This document shows, piece after piece, positions 1 to 12,689 of a stretch of DNA of 64,000 nucleotides; position 1 is the stretch's first letter; the number at the start of each line of letters is the position of its first letter. The stretch comes from Takakia lepidozioides (Eukaryota; Plantae; Bryophyta). The stretch covers positions 84,258,001 to 84,322,000 of the forward strand of contig CM060731.1 in assembly GCA_030704615.1 (NCBI GenBank), given 5' to 3'. The notes beneath the pieces are model-generated. The model made no database searches. It was not told the DNA's origin and worked only from the letters and a program-made list of their open reading frames with translations. The position numbers were made by a program, and so were the translations under genes.

Positions 1-2270
1 GCTGATAGCCTGTTTTGTCTAAGTCATAAACCAGCGGTTAACATTTGGCAACCATACTGGGGACTAACGGTATGTTGAGTTCAAGTGTACTCAAGGAAGG
101 ATGGGTTACTCAATGATTTCTTGAAATCACAAAAGAACGAGTCAACGGAAGCAAAGGAATGGAAAACATTCCTGGAAAAATTTCATGGCTTATCAATAGC
201 AATACAACAGAAGATCTTTCTTTCAATTGTGAAAGAAGATGACAAATGGGGATTGAAAGGAGGAGTGATCAGTATTACACGAGCACCTTGGGAATGTAGA
301 ATCAGAGTTGAAGAATGGTTGTCCCGTCTAGCTTTATTGATTACTCTAATCCCAATCAGAAAAGTTTGCTACACTAGTTACATTTTCAGAGAAGAATGTT
401 CAAATTATGAATATTGTCACATGATCATAGAAGCAGTGGAGTACTAGATACCCAAAGACTTGTTGCAAGTCAGATACACTGAGAAAGACAGATGGTATTA
501 TTGTGCCCATTAAAAGATTGGTGATCAATCAGTAAAAGGGAAAATTAAGTCGTAATACGGATTCTGGCAAGATAGGGTAAATCTTGGAGAAAGGGTAGAG
601 ACCATTATAAATTTTCTTTACTGACATACCAAGACTGATTAAAGGGTGCTGAAAAGGAATTATGCATATGATGTGGGAATGAATGAAGAAATTAAAGAAA
701 AAGCTAAGCAAAACATAGCTGAACGAATAGAGAAATATGCTGCAGAAAGGGAGGCTCGGTTAAGAGAAGAGTTCCCAGAATTACAAAACTTGAATATTAT
801 TCAAGGAGAGACATCAAGACAAATTAACAGTGATAAACCAGAAGATCAGGAAATCGGATCGGTGGGAAGTGGGAACACTACTCCAGAAGAAGTTGCCAGT
901 AATGCACTTGATGAATGGTTATCACAAGAAAGACCTGAATGACCTTCTATGGTAACAAGTCCAAATCGAGGCTTTGCTGAAATATTAGAAGAAAGATTTG
1001 AGAATATTCTGAGTGAAGAAGGTGAAAGAAGTGAAACTACTTCTCCAGAAAGGATAACCAGGACTGCACTCAAAGCTTTTAAAGATTCATTAAGCTTAGT
1101 AGGGACAGCAGCTGGAAGACGGCTATCATTGGGACAAGGACCTCCTAGCTTTGAATCATTGAAGACAAACACCAATACCACCACAACCAGCAGCAGCGGG
1201 ACCATCCCAGTTTGGACAACCAGTTGCACCAACAGCACCAGTTGCACCAGCTGCACTAATGGCTTTAGCAGCGAGCAAAACCAGACCGCCGTTTCCTTTA
1301 TATGATGGGAAATCTGATCCGGATATCCATCTTAATCAATTTGAGAACATGTGCACCATTTACAATGAAGCAACGGACTAGGAAAAGATCCGATTATTTC
1401 CTTGTTCAATGGCCAGGAAAGGCATTGAATGGTTGGCAACATTTCCAGCTAATCATTTTGCAAATTGGGCGGATATGAGAGCCGCGTTCCAAGAAAGATA
1501 TAGATCCAACAAATCCACGTTTGAAATCTTCACAGGATTACAGAACCTGAGACAGAAAAAGAAAGAATTGGTAGTCGACTACCTGGAGAGAATGAAGACT
1601 CTGATCAGGAAGCTACCTCAAGCACCATGTGATGACTTACAAAAATCATGGTTCATCAACGGACTTCGTCCTGCCTAACAACACTTACTGAAGCAGTAGG
1701 AACTGCAAAGAAATTGGAATTGGGATTTCATCATAGCAGAAGTAAAGATTCCAAGGATCCCTTGGAAGAAGAAGACTCTGATGATGAAGAAAAGCCCAAG
1801 CAAAAGAAGAAAGAAGTGATTGACAAGAGGCAGAACGATGGCGCAATCCAACGGATTGCCAAAAGACGGCAGATGATAAGGGCAAAGCCATTAATCCAAG
1901 CTGCAAGTACTGCACACACGCCGCCCATCTAAAAACAGACCACGTACCAAAGTGGATGAACACATCCAAGATGGATGAACATAAACTGACCAAAACTGGA
2001 CAATCATCAACGACCATCAGTTCAATCCAAAACAAACCACAAAGAAAATACCAACGGAAGAAAATCAGGCACAAAAGAGATGAAGTTTTCTCAAAACCGT
2101 TACCAGAAGCTAAATGCTTCTTGGTAAGCCTGGGCCCAGCAACTAAAGCTAACTGCGCTTTAAACCTAGGCAACTAGCAGGACAGAATTACCTCCACGAG
2201 AACCTCGAAAGAAGTTAGAGGAGAAGCCTACAGAGGAGAACCCCTACTTAAACCCAGAAGCGAACTCCTC
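1..2270 (+). mobile_element. Degenerate Ty3/gypsy element, 5' part: LTR end (1-43), PBS, upstream ORF and gag fragments
   Basis: LTR end ...CAGCGGTTAACA (43) is followed by PBS TGGCAACCATACTGGGG, one mismatch from the PBS of the element at 14593-27820. Gag peptides (YDGKSDPDIHLNQFENMC, EKIRLFPCS, KSWFINGLRP) match that element's gag. Stops and frameshifts are present. The right boundary is approximate. Confidence 0.8.
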
Positions 2271-2498
2271 ACCTTCTCTTCACACCATCCTGTACCGAGC
2301 TGTGGGAATGCCCATTCCCTTTCCGAATTAGTTGCTGCCCACACCATCCACAAAGGAGTCGGGAAACCGACAGGCGGCCACTGCCAACAGAGAGGTATGC
2401 AACGATAATCATTCCCGACCTGGACCATCAAGACCCTCCATAGCTTCTCGTGTGGACGTATTCGACATTTCCGACGAGGAAGATGAGTGCATTGAGGT

Positions 2499-5400
2499 CC
2501 TGGGGGGTGCACTCCAGCCAATATGTACCAGCCACGTGCGTGCACAGGAGGGGGTATTTTAAACCCCCCCATGTACAACATTATACATAAATAAGGGGAT
2601 TTAAAACACGTTAAATATAATGTTACAGGAGGGGGTTGTTGAATTGTAAGGGGTAGTTTAGTGGTAAGGACATCGTTTAGTCCGCGATGCACGGCGGGAT
2701 CAAATCGCGGTATCCTTTTTTTTGCTCTCTCTTTTCCCTCCTCTCCTCTCATCTCCTTTCATCTCCTCTCCCCTCCTCTCCCGCGTTCGTGGGTGGGTGG
2801 TCGACCGCAGGGCATGGTATTCTTCTTGATGTTTACAAGGTTCTTGGGAGGGCCAACTTGGTCTTAGCAAGCCGTGTTTCAATCTTTGCTTGCTCAGCTG
2901 CACTGTGGTGGTTCTCAAAGACCAATCCGACATTACCTGACTACAGCCATCAGCAGCACACATAAGAGATCATTTTGGGGTTGATGGGAGGTCAAATCCT
3001 CCATGGGTCACAACACAAGGTCAAGGACAATGTGGTGAGGGCACCTTCTTCTTCGACCTATTTCAGCCTGTTTTTCCCTCTCATCACACTCGGCGCCCCT
3101 GAATTTGCAGCACGGAGCAGAGCTGACAAAAGTTTTTTAAAGATCCTTCATGATGGTGGGACAACTGCAGTCGCAAGGTGTGGCGTTTTCTTAAGGTACA
3201 ATGTGAAGAAGTTTGTCCATCCTGGAAATGCGGGCTCTTGCCTCCTGTTAGTACCATGATTTGGTATTCTTCCAGCCCAGGCCAGTCACATTCGTTTGTT
3301 TTTGCAATGCGTGTGCGATCCTGGCAGCCCTGGAAAATGAGGAAGAGGTCCATGGTGGCATCATCAAAGCTGGGATTGTATCAGATGTCAATCTGACCAG
3401 TGCCGTGGTGGACATGTATGCCAAATGCGGGTGCATGAAGGATGCATTAAAGGGGGTGTTGGGCAGTATGGCTGAACGGAATGTGGTGTCATAGAGCGTG
3501 ATGGTGGCATGCTATAAGCGCTACAAGGGCAGAGGAGGGAGGCTTTGGAGACCTCTGAGCACATGTACAAGCTTGGCAGCCCTGGAGATTGGAGAAGAGG
3601 TCCACGGTGGCATCGTCAAAGCTGTAGTGATTGTATCAGATGTCATTATGAAAGCTGCCCTGGCGGACATGTATGTCAAATGTGGGTATGTGTAAGATGC
3701 AAAGGGAGTGATGGGCAGCTAAGGGGTTGTGTATGCAATGTTGTGTCATGGAGCATAGTGATGGAGCAAAGGTCGGGTTCCCCCCCTGAGTTTGAATTAA
3801 GTCTAGTGCAGAGAGGGTGATTTAGGGGCTGAGCTTTGGCTCAGCCTCAAGATTCAGAACGTTGGTGCATAGAGTCCATTCAAATGGAGTACTGTTGGGC
3901 AGACATGGAAAAGGGGGAAGAGGTGCATGGTGACATTGTCAAAAGCTGAAATTAATGTACCTTATGTCATTCTGAATAGTGCCCCCTGGTGGACAGGTCT
4001 GCCAAATGCGGGTGCATAGAGGATGCAAAGGGAGTGTGGGGAAAACCTGGAAAAGGGGGAAGAGGTCCATGGTGACATTGTCAAAAGCTGGAACAGTGCC
4101 CTGGTGGACAGGTCTGCCGAATGCGGGTGCGTAGAGGATGCAAATGGAGCCTGGGGCAGACTTAGAAAAGGGGGAAGAGGTCCATGGTGACACTATCAAA
4201 AGCTGGAATTGTACCTATATCATTCTGAATAGTGCCATGGTGGACAGGTCTGCCAAATGCGGGTGCATAGAGGATGCAAATGGAGTGTTGGGCAGACCTG
4301 GAAAATGGGGAAGAGCCATGGTGACATTGTCAGAAGCTGGAATTGTACCTTATGTTATCTAAATAGTGCCCTGGTGGACAGGTCTGCCAAATGCGGGTGC
4401 GTAGAGGATGCAAAGGGAGTGTGGGGCAGACCTGGAAAGGGGGAAGCTGAGGTCCATGGTGACATTATCAAAAGCTGGAATTGTACATTATGTCATCTGA
4501 ACAGTGCCCTGGTGGACAGGTCTGCCAAATGCGGGTGCGTAGAGGATGCAAAGGGAGTGTGGGGCAGACCTGGAAAGGGGGAAGCTGAGGTCCATGGTGA
4601 CATTGTCAAAAGCTGGAATTGTACCTTATGTCATTCTGAATAGTGCCCTGGTGGACAGGTCTGCCAAATGCGGGTGCGTAGAGGATGCAAAGGGAGTGTT
4701 GGGCAGACCTGGAAAAGGGGGAAGAGGTCCACGGTGGCATTGTCAAAAGCTGGAATTGTACCTTATGTCATCCTGAATAGTGCCCTGGTGGACAGGTCTG
4801 CCAAATGCGGGTGCGTAGAGGATGCAAAGGGAGTGTGGGGCAGACCTGGAAAAGGGGAAGAGGTCCATGGTGACATTGTCAAAAGCTGGAATTGTTGTAC
4901 TTTGTATCATTCTGAGAGTCCAAATTATCTAGGGAAGGAAAATCACTAAGGGATACATTTCACCCTGTTCTTCTCTCTTATCAGAATTGGCCCTAAAATT
5001 CCATGTTGAACTCTGCAATTCCCAATGCCCTTTATTACTTAGGCTTTCACTTCCCCAAGCAACTTACATCTGTACCAGCCTTGAGTTCAACACATACTCT
5101 TAGTGCTCTTTATCATTAAAGTATACAGAATATACTGGCATGGTTCTGTTCACCAGCCATAGATAAGAGTATACATTGTACCATTTGGTGGTTAATCCAA
5201 AGATAACATTATACATCTGAAAACCCCAGACTCTTGGAGATAAGATGTCTTGAACAATACATTCTGATTCAGAACTGAAACCATCGTACTATTTAGTATT
5301 TAATCAGCATGGTAGGTAGATTAAAAACTACTCTATAAGCTGGCTCAACTTATTAGTATTATGGAAGATATGTGGTGTTGGAGAAAAACACAATTACAAT

Positions 5401-5745
5401 GAGCGGAAAGTCTTTGACAATCTTATCAAGGGCAAATAGATATCTTTTTAATTAATTTATTGGATTTTATTCTGTTTTTTAATGAATAAACTTGATATAA
5501 TATAAAAACATATATATACATATTTGAGGGTATTTTTTAATGATTGAAAAGGAGAATATACATATAGAGGGGGGTTTTTTTTTAAATTATAAATTTTTGT
5601 ATATGTACAGGAGAGGGTTTTATAATCCTCAAAAAGTATGTACAGAGGGGATATAAATTATCCGAGGACCCGTATACAGGGGGTTTTTTTATTAGTCGGC
5701 GAACGCACGTGATACGCACATTTTATAAAAAGTGCACCCCCCAGG
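2499..5745. mobile_element. Non-autonomous TIR element (Pack-type) carrying PPR fragments
   Basis: Perfect 15-bp TIR CCTGGGGGGTGCACT (2499-2513 / 5731-5745) and 8-bp TSD ATTGAGGT (2491-2498 / 5746-5753). Removing it restores the reading DISDEEDECIEV-PMSSTRS of the transposase. Confidence 0.9.
3290..4915 (+). pseudogene. Decayed PLS-class PPR fragments, ending in a ~137-bp tandem array (about 7.5 units, 3890-4915)
   Basis: ACAILAALENEEEVHGGIIKAGIVSDVNLTSAVVDMYAKCGCMKDA...MAERNVVS is a typical L/S PPR motif. The anchor GACAGGTCTGCC recurs at 3992, 4107, 4243, 4377, 4515, 4654 and 4791. Confidence 0.85.
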
Positions 5746-5753
5746 ATTGAGGT

Positions 5754-7070
5754 CCCCATGTCCTCCACACGGTCGTTCAAATCCGACATGGACGTCTCTG
5801 CAGGTGCTACGCATGTACCCTCGAGCATAACTCCAACCCGCTCCACTGTGCAGCTCCTACGGCAACATCACCTCGATGGTTCTCACTCCGAGCTGGCTGC
5901 TCTCGACTATGCCAAATTTCCAGTCAGGAAGGTAACGTATCTGCCTCCCGAAGTCGATGGCAATGTCATCTTCGAGTTTCCACCTGTTACTTTGTCAAAC
6001 AAAGCCTCAGGGATGTTAACGGACATGGATCGAAAGCATGACGGACACCCCTGGTGTGTGACGAAGACCAGTAGCACGAAAATTGCTGATGGTGTTCGTG
6101 TACAATACGTCCTCTGTGCGGGGAAGCTGAGGTGCCTCAATCTCGCTTGCTTCCAATTTCTTTCCAAAGGAGGGCGGAGAAACGAGACGGATTGGACTGG
6201 CACAACCCATCATCCATTCATTGTCTCCAGCCAAGCTCCTGCGGGTACTTTCAAGTGCACACATTGCAAAGAACCACCGACGTCCATGTCCATGTGCAGA
6301 GCCAAGCAATATTACGTAATCCATTTGCTCCCGGACTTGACTAGAGCTTGCATACACGTTGGGGTCCACTGCCACCCCTTGGCGAGAGGCAACATGCGGG
6401 GAGGCTGTGCAGGAAGCACACGACATCATAAAAGAGGAGGTGAAATTGAGCCCCGGAGCCAGACCAAAGCAGATTCAGCTCAAGGCAGCCCACAAGATTG
6501 TTCTTGGCAAAATCATGTCTGAAGATGGTTCAGACCAAGTGCCCTTGAACAAAGAGGAGATGCTTGACCTGTTGGAGTCCGTCTCGCATGTTTGTAGTCC
6601 GAATGTGCGGAATCACATCGTATCTTGCAAGCAGGAGTTCGGCCAGGGGTTGGACATGCACTCAATCCTGGAGGTGAAACGAATGACTGGATATGACTAC
6701 ATCCAAGGTAGCAGGTTTCCAGGGCAAGGCAGCGAATCCGATCGTTGTTACATTTTTAAAATGTCGACGTGTGGGCCTGGGAGTGGAGTCGACTTGGTCA
6801 CTCGCATGACAACTGGAAACTTGTCGAATGCTTGGGTGATTTTTGATCACATCAAGCGAATTACAAACCATCAGTGGGTGACTATGGGTGCGCATGTTTA
6901 TGACTATCACTCCAGAGAGGCTCATGACGATTGCAATCTGCGAGATGAAAGGGGAGGACACACAGTCAGAGATGCATCTGTGGGAGGGCATAAACGAGCA
7001 GATGGCAAGGGCCGGTTTGCCAGAGCCCAATTTCAGGGGATTCATGGCAGACAACGCTTAGGCCAACTGG
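5754..7070 (+). pseudogene. Transposase N-half: GCM-like Zn finger and first two catalytic Asp of a MULE DDE domain
   Basis: HDGHPWC..CAGKLRCLNLAC..CTHC..C..HVGVHCHP, then IFDHIKR and GFMADNA*ANW; frameshifted. Confidence 0.8.
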
Positions 7071-7237
7071 GCATAGTATTATCTTAGTTCGAGCAAAACA
7101 TGTTACTGGTAGGCAAGACATAAGTCGGACCTTTCTGTGGCCAGAGTCAGAGGTATTTGCAGCAATACAGTTCTACTTATATAACTGAAACTCCGAAAAG
7201 GATGGGCGTACCATTGTATGGGGACTGCAAGCCAAGC

Positions 7238-9055
7238 TCACTGGTCCCCTGGATCCATATTTAGAAGAGCATGCACCTCTTGGGGGCTCAACCCTAGTGC
7301 ATGTATGAAGTGATGAGTTGTGGAATTACATCGAAGTCTCTTTAGGTACACGTAGTACAGATGCTTGCAAGGGCAGTATGATGCCCCCTTGTTCGCCATG
7401 ATCTGGAAGTCGGTGCAATTGCAGGTGGGTAATTCTAAAATGGTGATGGTGTACACCTCATTGCGAACTGCTGAGCCTGTCGTGGCCATCTGATACACAC
7501 GCCCGAAGCCTGGTGGGGGCACTTCTGTCGAGCTCTGGATTGTACAGTTCATCCGAAGTGCATTTCCCATCCTTGTCTCGTTCACTTTTGAGAGAGGTCG
7601 CCGCCTCTTTGGTTTCCCCCAATGGTGTGTAGGATGCTTAGAGCTGTCGCGTCCCATTATTCTTGCTCTCACAGGGGTCGGTGGTGGAGGCTGTGGAAGC
7701 GGAAATGGTTGTCTGGGGACGTCAGTGCGCTGCACCATCCGAAATCCTGCGGCAGTAAGGGCGTTGGCCTCAACCTGACTCAGATCGCAGCCTGGTTCCA
7801 CCGGCCATACCGGGGGAGCCTCTGGCATTGTTTGTATGCCGTACTTAGGCTTTCCATACACGCAAGTCATAATGTCGTGCCTGCAGAACCAGAACTGGGT
7901 GGTTGTTACCTCCGCAAACTTTGCATGGACAAATCTTCCTGTAAAAGTAGGAGCAGGGACAACCCCATCTGGATTCCTCCTTATCATCTCTAAACAACGT
8001 TGCCGTGTATCCACTCGAATTGCGGAACATCTACCTCGAAACGTCGGCTTTGTGCGAGCAATTCTCCACTGTGACGCAGACACAGTCGTCTCCACAATGG
8101 CTTGGCCATACTGCATAACAGCGGGCGGAATGTAGGGCAAGCAAGCAGTGGGAATTTCTCGCACGGAATCCCCGCTTGAAGGCGATGGCGATCTGGAAAC
8201 TCTTGGGCTTCCACTGCTGGAAGACACATTATGCGGCAACATGACGGGACCTCGAGGTGCTGTCCGAATGTTCCTTTCGGCTCTCCAGGAATCCTCTTTG
8301 CACCCGGGTTCCTCTTCAATCCTCCGCCTCACAGGGCGAGTACAGACGTCCCCCTCTAGGTGTTCAGCTCTGCGGTGCAGAGGCGTCCCTTTGATCTTCT
8401 CTCGCAATGTTGTCGCCCATTTCAATGGATTCTTCAAAGCTGTTCGTACCAACAATTCCTCCCTGTCCGGCCCAAAGCCCCATTGTTTCCCGCTCAGAAA
8501 CTTGTAGTACGTGGCTTGCTGCATGATTGCTCTGTCGATGTCCTCCATTGTGGCCGTCACCACGTCCACCAGATGTGCGGCAGAAGACGCTCGCCAGGAG
8601 GAATGGACTGATTCTGCCATATTCATGTTCGGCATGTCCGTGTCGGAATCCAAGCACCGCTCCTACAAGGACAGAAACAATGGTGAGGGACCAATGCAAA
8701 GGTCTGTAATAGAACGACAATTGCACGAAAAGTCTGGCATCATACCTCCCGCATGTACTGTCCGAACTGTCGATATCGGAAATGCCACCACCCCAACCAG
8801 CTATGCAAGGCTCCTAGATTGATTGTCTCCACTGCACCTGACGTGTTCCACCAAGCCTCGATGATAGCAAACTTTATCTCCGCGTCATCAAATATGGGTG
8901 CATCCTTCCACGCCGTACAAAGGACACGGTGTTCAGCCTAGAATGAGCTAGCAACAAATTTGGTAGTGTAGTGAGATAGACTCTGCATCCAATGAAATCC
9001 ACAGGATCTCTCTTTCCCCTCCATTGGAACATTGGGGTCCTCACCATACACAACT
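7238..9055 (-). pseudogene. Transposase C-half in inverted orientation: CxxH, catalytic Glu, Cys module, SWIM
   Basis: VVYGEDPNVPMEGKERSCGFHW, WHFRYRQF, NMAESVH and CNCTDF..CPCKH. A GT-AG intron (8663-8745) sits at the same position as in copy 2. Confidence 0.85.
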
Positions 9056-9783
9056 GTTTCCACGTGCTTGTATTTTTGTTTGTTGGAGGGTTCCTGTTTT
9101 TCTGCTCTCCCAAACTTTGCTTTCCTCATTCGACCCCCGGCAAGGAAATGTGGCGCCGCATTTCCAAGTAACGTCATAGGTAATGGTAGATGCGGCCTTC
9201 GTCATAGCAAGATAGTCGCACCCAGCCTTCAGGGAGCCGACCGTCGCGAACACCAAAACCCCCCAGAAATTTCGCACGTGCGAACCCTAATGCGGCACCG
9301 CATTTCCCAGTTGAGTCGCAAACCTTTCCAACCGAATACCTGAAGATGACAAAATTGTGAAGTACTGCAGACTCTATTGGTGCAGACTCTATTGGTTCAA
9401 TCGCGGCAGAAGGGTCAGCTTCATTCCAATGTTAAGGCATGTACAACCGCGGAATACTCTATACAGGCCAGTATGCGACGTTCTTTTGCCGTGGTATACT
9501 GGATTTCTCGTTGCACGGTCACTCATTTCCATGAGCGGATCTAAAAAACCATGAGCGGAGTTGTTACTGACAACATATCTTCGCCACATTACAGGATTTG
9601 GAACTTCCAAAAACGGCAAGGTCAAATAAAATATATATTATTTTAATATATTTTTAATCTGCCGCATGTCCAAATTTGGAGGAGTCCGCTCATGAAATCC
9701 GCGTGTCTTAGACTTCGGCTCGCCGCTCATGCGGCTCATGGCTCATGGCTCATGGTTTCTGCTCATGAAATAGTAAACCTCTG

Positions 9784-11051
9784 TGGGTATGTGCATGTGA
9801 TCAGCGTGCAGAGTTGTTCAAGAAAGTCATGCCCATGGCTTTTGAGAACCTTGCCATTCCACAACACCGTGACACGTTGAGGTATGCCACTATACGTGGT
9901 AGAGGATATCGTCCTGGGGTTCGGAGGTTTAGCCCTGGTGACTATGTTTATTTGCAGTAGACTGCTCCCACGACCCTGGATGTGACTGCAAGGCATGTTA
10001 TTCAGAGGGTTCGAGAGGTGTTGCCCTCAAAGGTCCTGATCTTGGAGGGTCGGGATGGCATGACTTGGAAGGACCATGTGCGTAATTGTGCGCCATGTCA
10101 CCTTCCTAATGTCGATGGCAGAGTTGACCCAAACTTGGCAGTGGTACCTGCAGGTTTGAGGTGCAAGCTCTGTGGGTCTGCCAAAGGGGCAGCCACTATG
10201 CTGGTGTGTGATCAATGCTCAAAAGGTTGGCACATGGGATGCTTGACACCACCTCTTGAGAGGGTTCCTGATGGAGATTGGTTATATCCACACTGCTTGG
10301 GATAGTGGTAGTGGATATGACTAGTGGCAGCTAACAAGACATGGGGGGCCAAGCTCATCGGAGTCAATACGCGAGATCCCAGGCTCAAGTTCACAGGTTG
10401 CAAGACGACGACTAACGATGGGGCAACTCTTGCACCCGGCCTCTTGATCTATCGAGTTTGAATGTGGTAGGGACAGTGGTGGAGGACTTAGTGAGACTAC
10501 AGCCACTATCACATCTTGTGGCTACCTGGACTTAGAGGGACCTAAGCACCAGCTAGGGGGGCGATTGTGATGGACTAGTGACTGCCATAGTGGGCAGCAT
10601 AGTGACTGACTAATGGCAGCCTAGTGGTTGGACTCGTGGTGGACTAGTGATATACTAGTGTGTGGTGTGCACATGTGTTGTGTGGTTTTGGACAGCGATG
10701 TAGTTGTGTAGCGATATGTATGCGCACGACAGCTGTCAAGTTATTTCACCACTAGTGTGAAACTAGCTAGGAAATAGCTAGCTTTTACATATTGACATTT
10801 GGGATTGGCCCAAGTGTCAATCCAGGGGTCAAGGCAGATTTAGGCCCTTGGAGTGGTTATCGCGCGGGAGGCTCATCTTTCTCGAGTTGAGCCTCACCGC
10901 GACTAGCTATGGCGCCGTAGTGTGGATTCCCCATGGCGTGGGGTGCACTTGGCTTGACTTCTATTTGAGTGATGAGTTTATGTATGCATGAGTTTATGCT
11001 TCAGCTTTGTGAGCTCGCATGAGCTTGTGCTTGTATTATTCTTCTTTATCA
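9784..11051 (+). mobile_element. Ty3/gypsy 3' end: integrase C-terminus with PHD finger, PPT and LTR (10566-11051)
   Basis: CKLCGS..MLVCDQCSKGWHMGCLTPPLERVPDGDWLYPHC (C4HC3, seventh ligand C>Y); PPT AGGGGGGCGAT; LTR TG...CA. Confidence 0.75.
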
Positions 11052-11052
11052 T

Positions 11053-11845
11053 TGTGATGGACTAGTGACTGCCATAGTGGGCAGCATAGTGACTGACTAG
11101 TGGCAGCCTAGTGGTTGGACTAGCGGTGGACTAGTGGTATACTATATGTAGGCACACAACATAGGCTTTACTAGTCCAAGTAGTGAGTGGCCGTGAACCG
11201 TGTGCCACTATTACACACGACTACGAGCCACTACCACAGGCCACTTTTTTGGCAAACCTTTTAGGTTGCGTAGGCAGTTAGGCAACGGTCATTAACGACC
11301 GCAGGCTGTAAATGGCTATTTCGAGCATAGTATATAAGGTCTGCACACAACTTAGGAGACATCAGTGTGTGATCAGAGCAATCCAATGTGTACTTGTGCT
11401 ATGACGTGACGACTCTGAAGTAAAGCAATGCTTTTCCAAGTACTTATGTGTAGAGAGAACGTGAGATAGAGAGAATGTGCATGATGAGAGAACGTGAAAT
11501 AAAGAGAATGTGCATCATCTCTGAATAGATCTTGGTTGCAGTAGCACATAGTGTACTGCCTTGCTTTATGCTTAGATAGGACTTAGTCGCAGCTATAGTA
11601 ATATAGCTTCGCCTAAGTTCCTAGCACTACTGATTAGTGGGATGCAGGCTATGATCAGTCCAAGGACTTAAGCAGCAGGAGGGATGTTGATTCACGGAGC
11701 AGTAGTGTTCCCATGGCCATTAACAATTACTATGTAATCGTTCTATAGACATACTGTCGGACAACCTCTGTCAAACTTGCCTTGGGGGAAATGGACTGCA
11801 CTGTTGAAAGTCCATTTCGCTTAAGTCACGAACCAGCGGTTAACA
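11053..11845 (+). mobile_element. Second LTR sharing its first ~92 bp with 10566, followed by an LTR 3' end resembling positions 1-43
   Basis: TGTGATGGACTAGTGACTGCC... occurs at both 10566 and 11053. TAAGTCACGAACCAGCGGTTAACA ends at 11845. Confidence 0.55.
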
Positions 11846-11899
11846 AGTATTCTGGGGAACAACAATGGGAACTCTTGATCTCTGATCTGAGCTAGGAAC

Positions 11900-12685
11900 A
11901 TGCCATTGATAAAGGAATTGCAGGTCAGGCTTGAACTTGTAGAAATCTCCCCAATTGAGAGTAGAGTGAGAATGTTGTTTTACCTCGCCCACCAAGGCCT
12001 ACACTCTTGAGAGGTTGGCTGTAGCACAGCCAGCTTGTATTTTAACAGCCTTCAAAGGTACTACTACTTCATGGCCTTTGCCATTGGCAAATCGCAAGGA
12101 ATAGTCAGCCAAGCTGATGGTTGCACCAGCCCCTGCCATCCAATCTAAGCCTAGCAGAAATTGATCACCTATGGTGACAATGTAAGTGATCAGTACTTCC
12201 TTACAAATTGGAACAGTAACCAAACCAAGAGGCTCATCCCTTGATCCAACGGCAATTAGGACTTCCAAGCCACTAGCAGGACACAATTTGGGTCCTAGTA
12301 TCCTCACAACATGCAAAGGAATAACGGACATGGTACAACCTACACAAGGAAAGTTGTATAAGCTCATGCACATGGCATTGGGTTATAAGAGGACTTACAC
12401 TCTAAACTGCACACTTTCAGTTTCAAGACAATGTAAGGCTTTGAAGCTGGTGGACAAAATAACATGCAACGTAACCGGAATGGTAGGGTGTGTAGATGGT
12501 GGACCTCTTGGCCCCTCCCAAGAGGTCGTGTCAGTTTAAAGAGCTAGAAGAGGGTCTGACAGCCTTCTTGGTCTTGATCACATCTGCTAGCCCTTCCTTC
12601 TCAGGGCAAAATTTAGTATAATGCTCTTGGGATCCACAAATATAACATGTTCCCACTACTCTGACCTTGTGTTGGGTTTTTGATT
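11900..12685 (-). mobile_element. Degenerate retrotransposon gag zinc knuckle / protease fragment
   Basis: CYICGSQEHYTKFC (CCHC) and the protease C-terminal motif FLLGLDWM. Confidence 0.65.
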
Positions 12686-12689
12686 GGGG

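Larger units (their letters stand above)
2330..9783 (+). mobile_element. Disrupted GCM-MULE-SWIM transposon (copy 1)
   Basis: The transposase pieces are homologous to 47385-50902. GCTCATG repeats at about 9688-9767 resemble the GCTCACG repeats in the terminus of copy 2. Sequence switches abruptly to gypsy integrase at 9784. The left end was not found. Confidence 0.65.
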
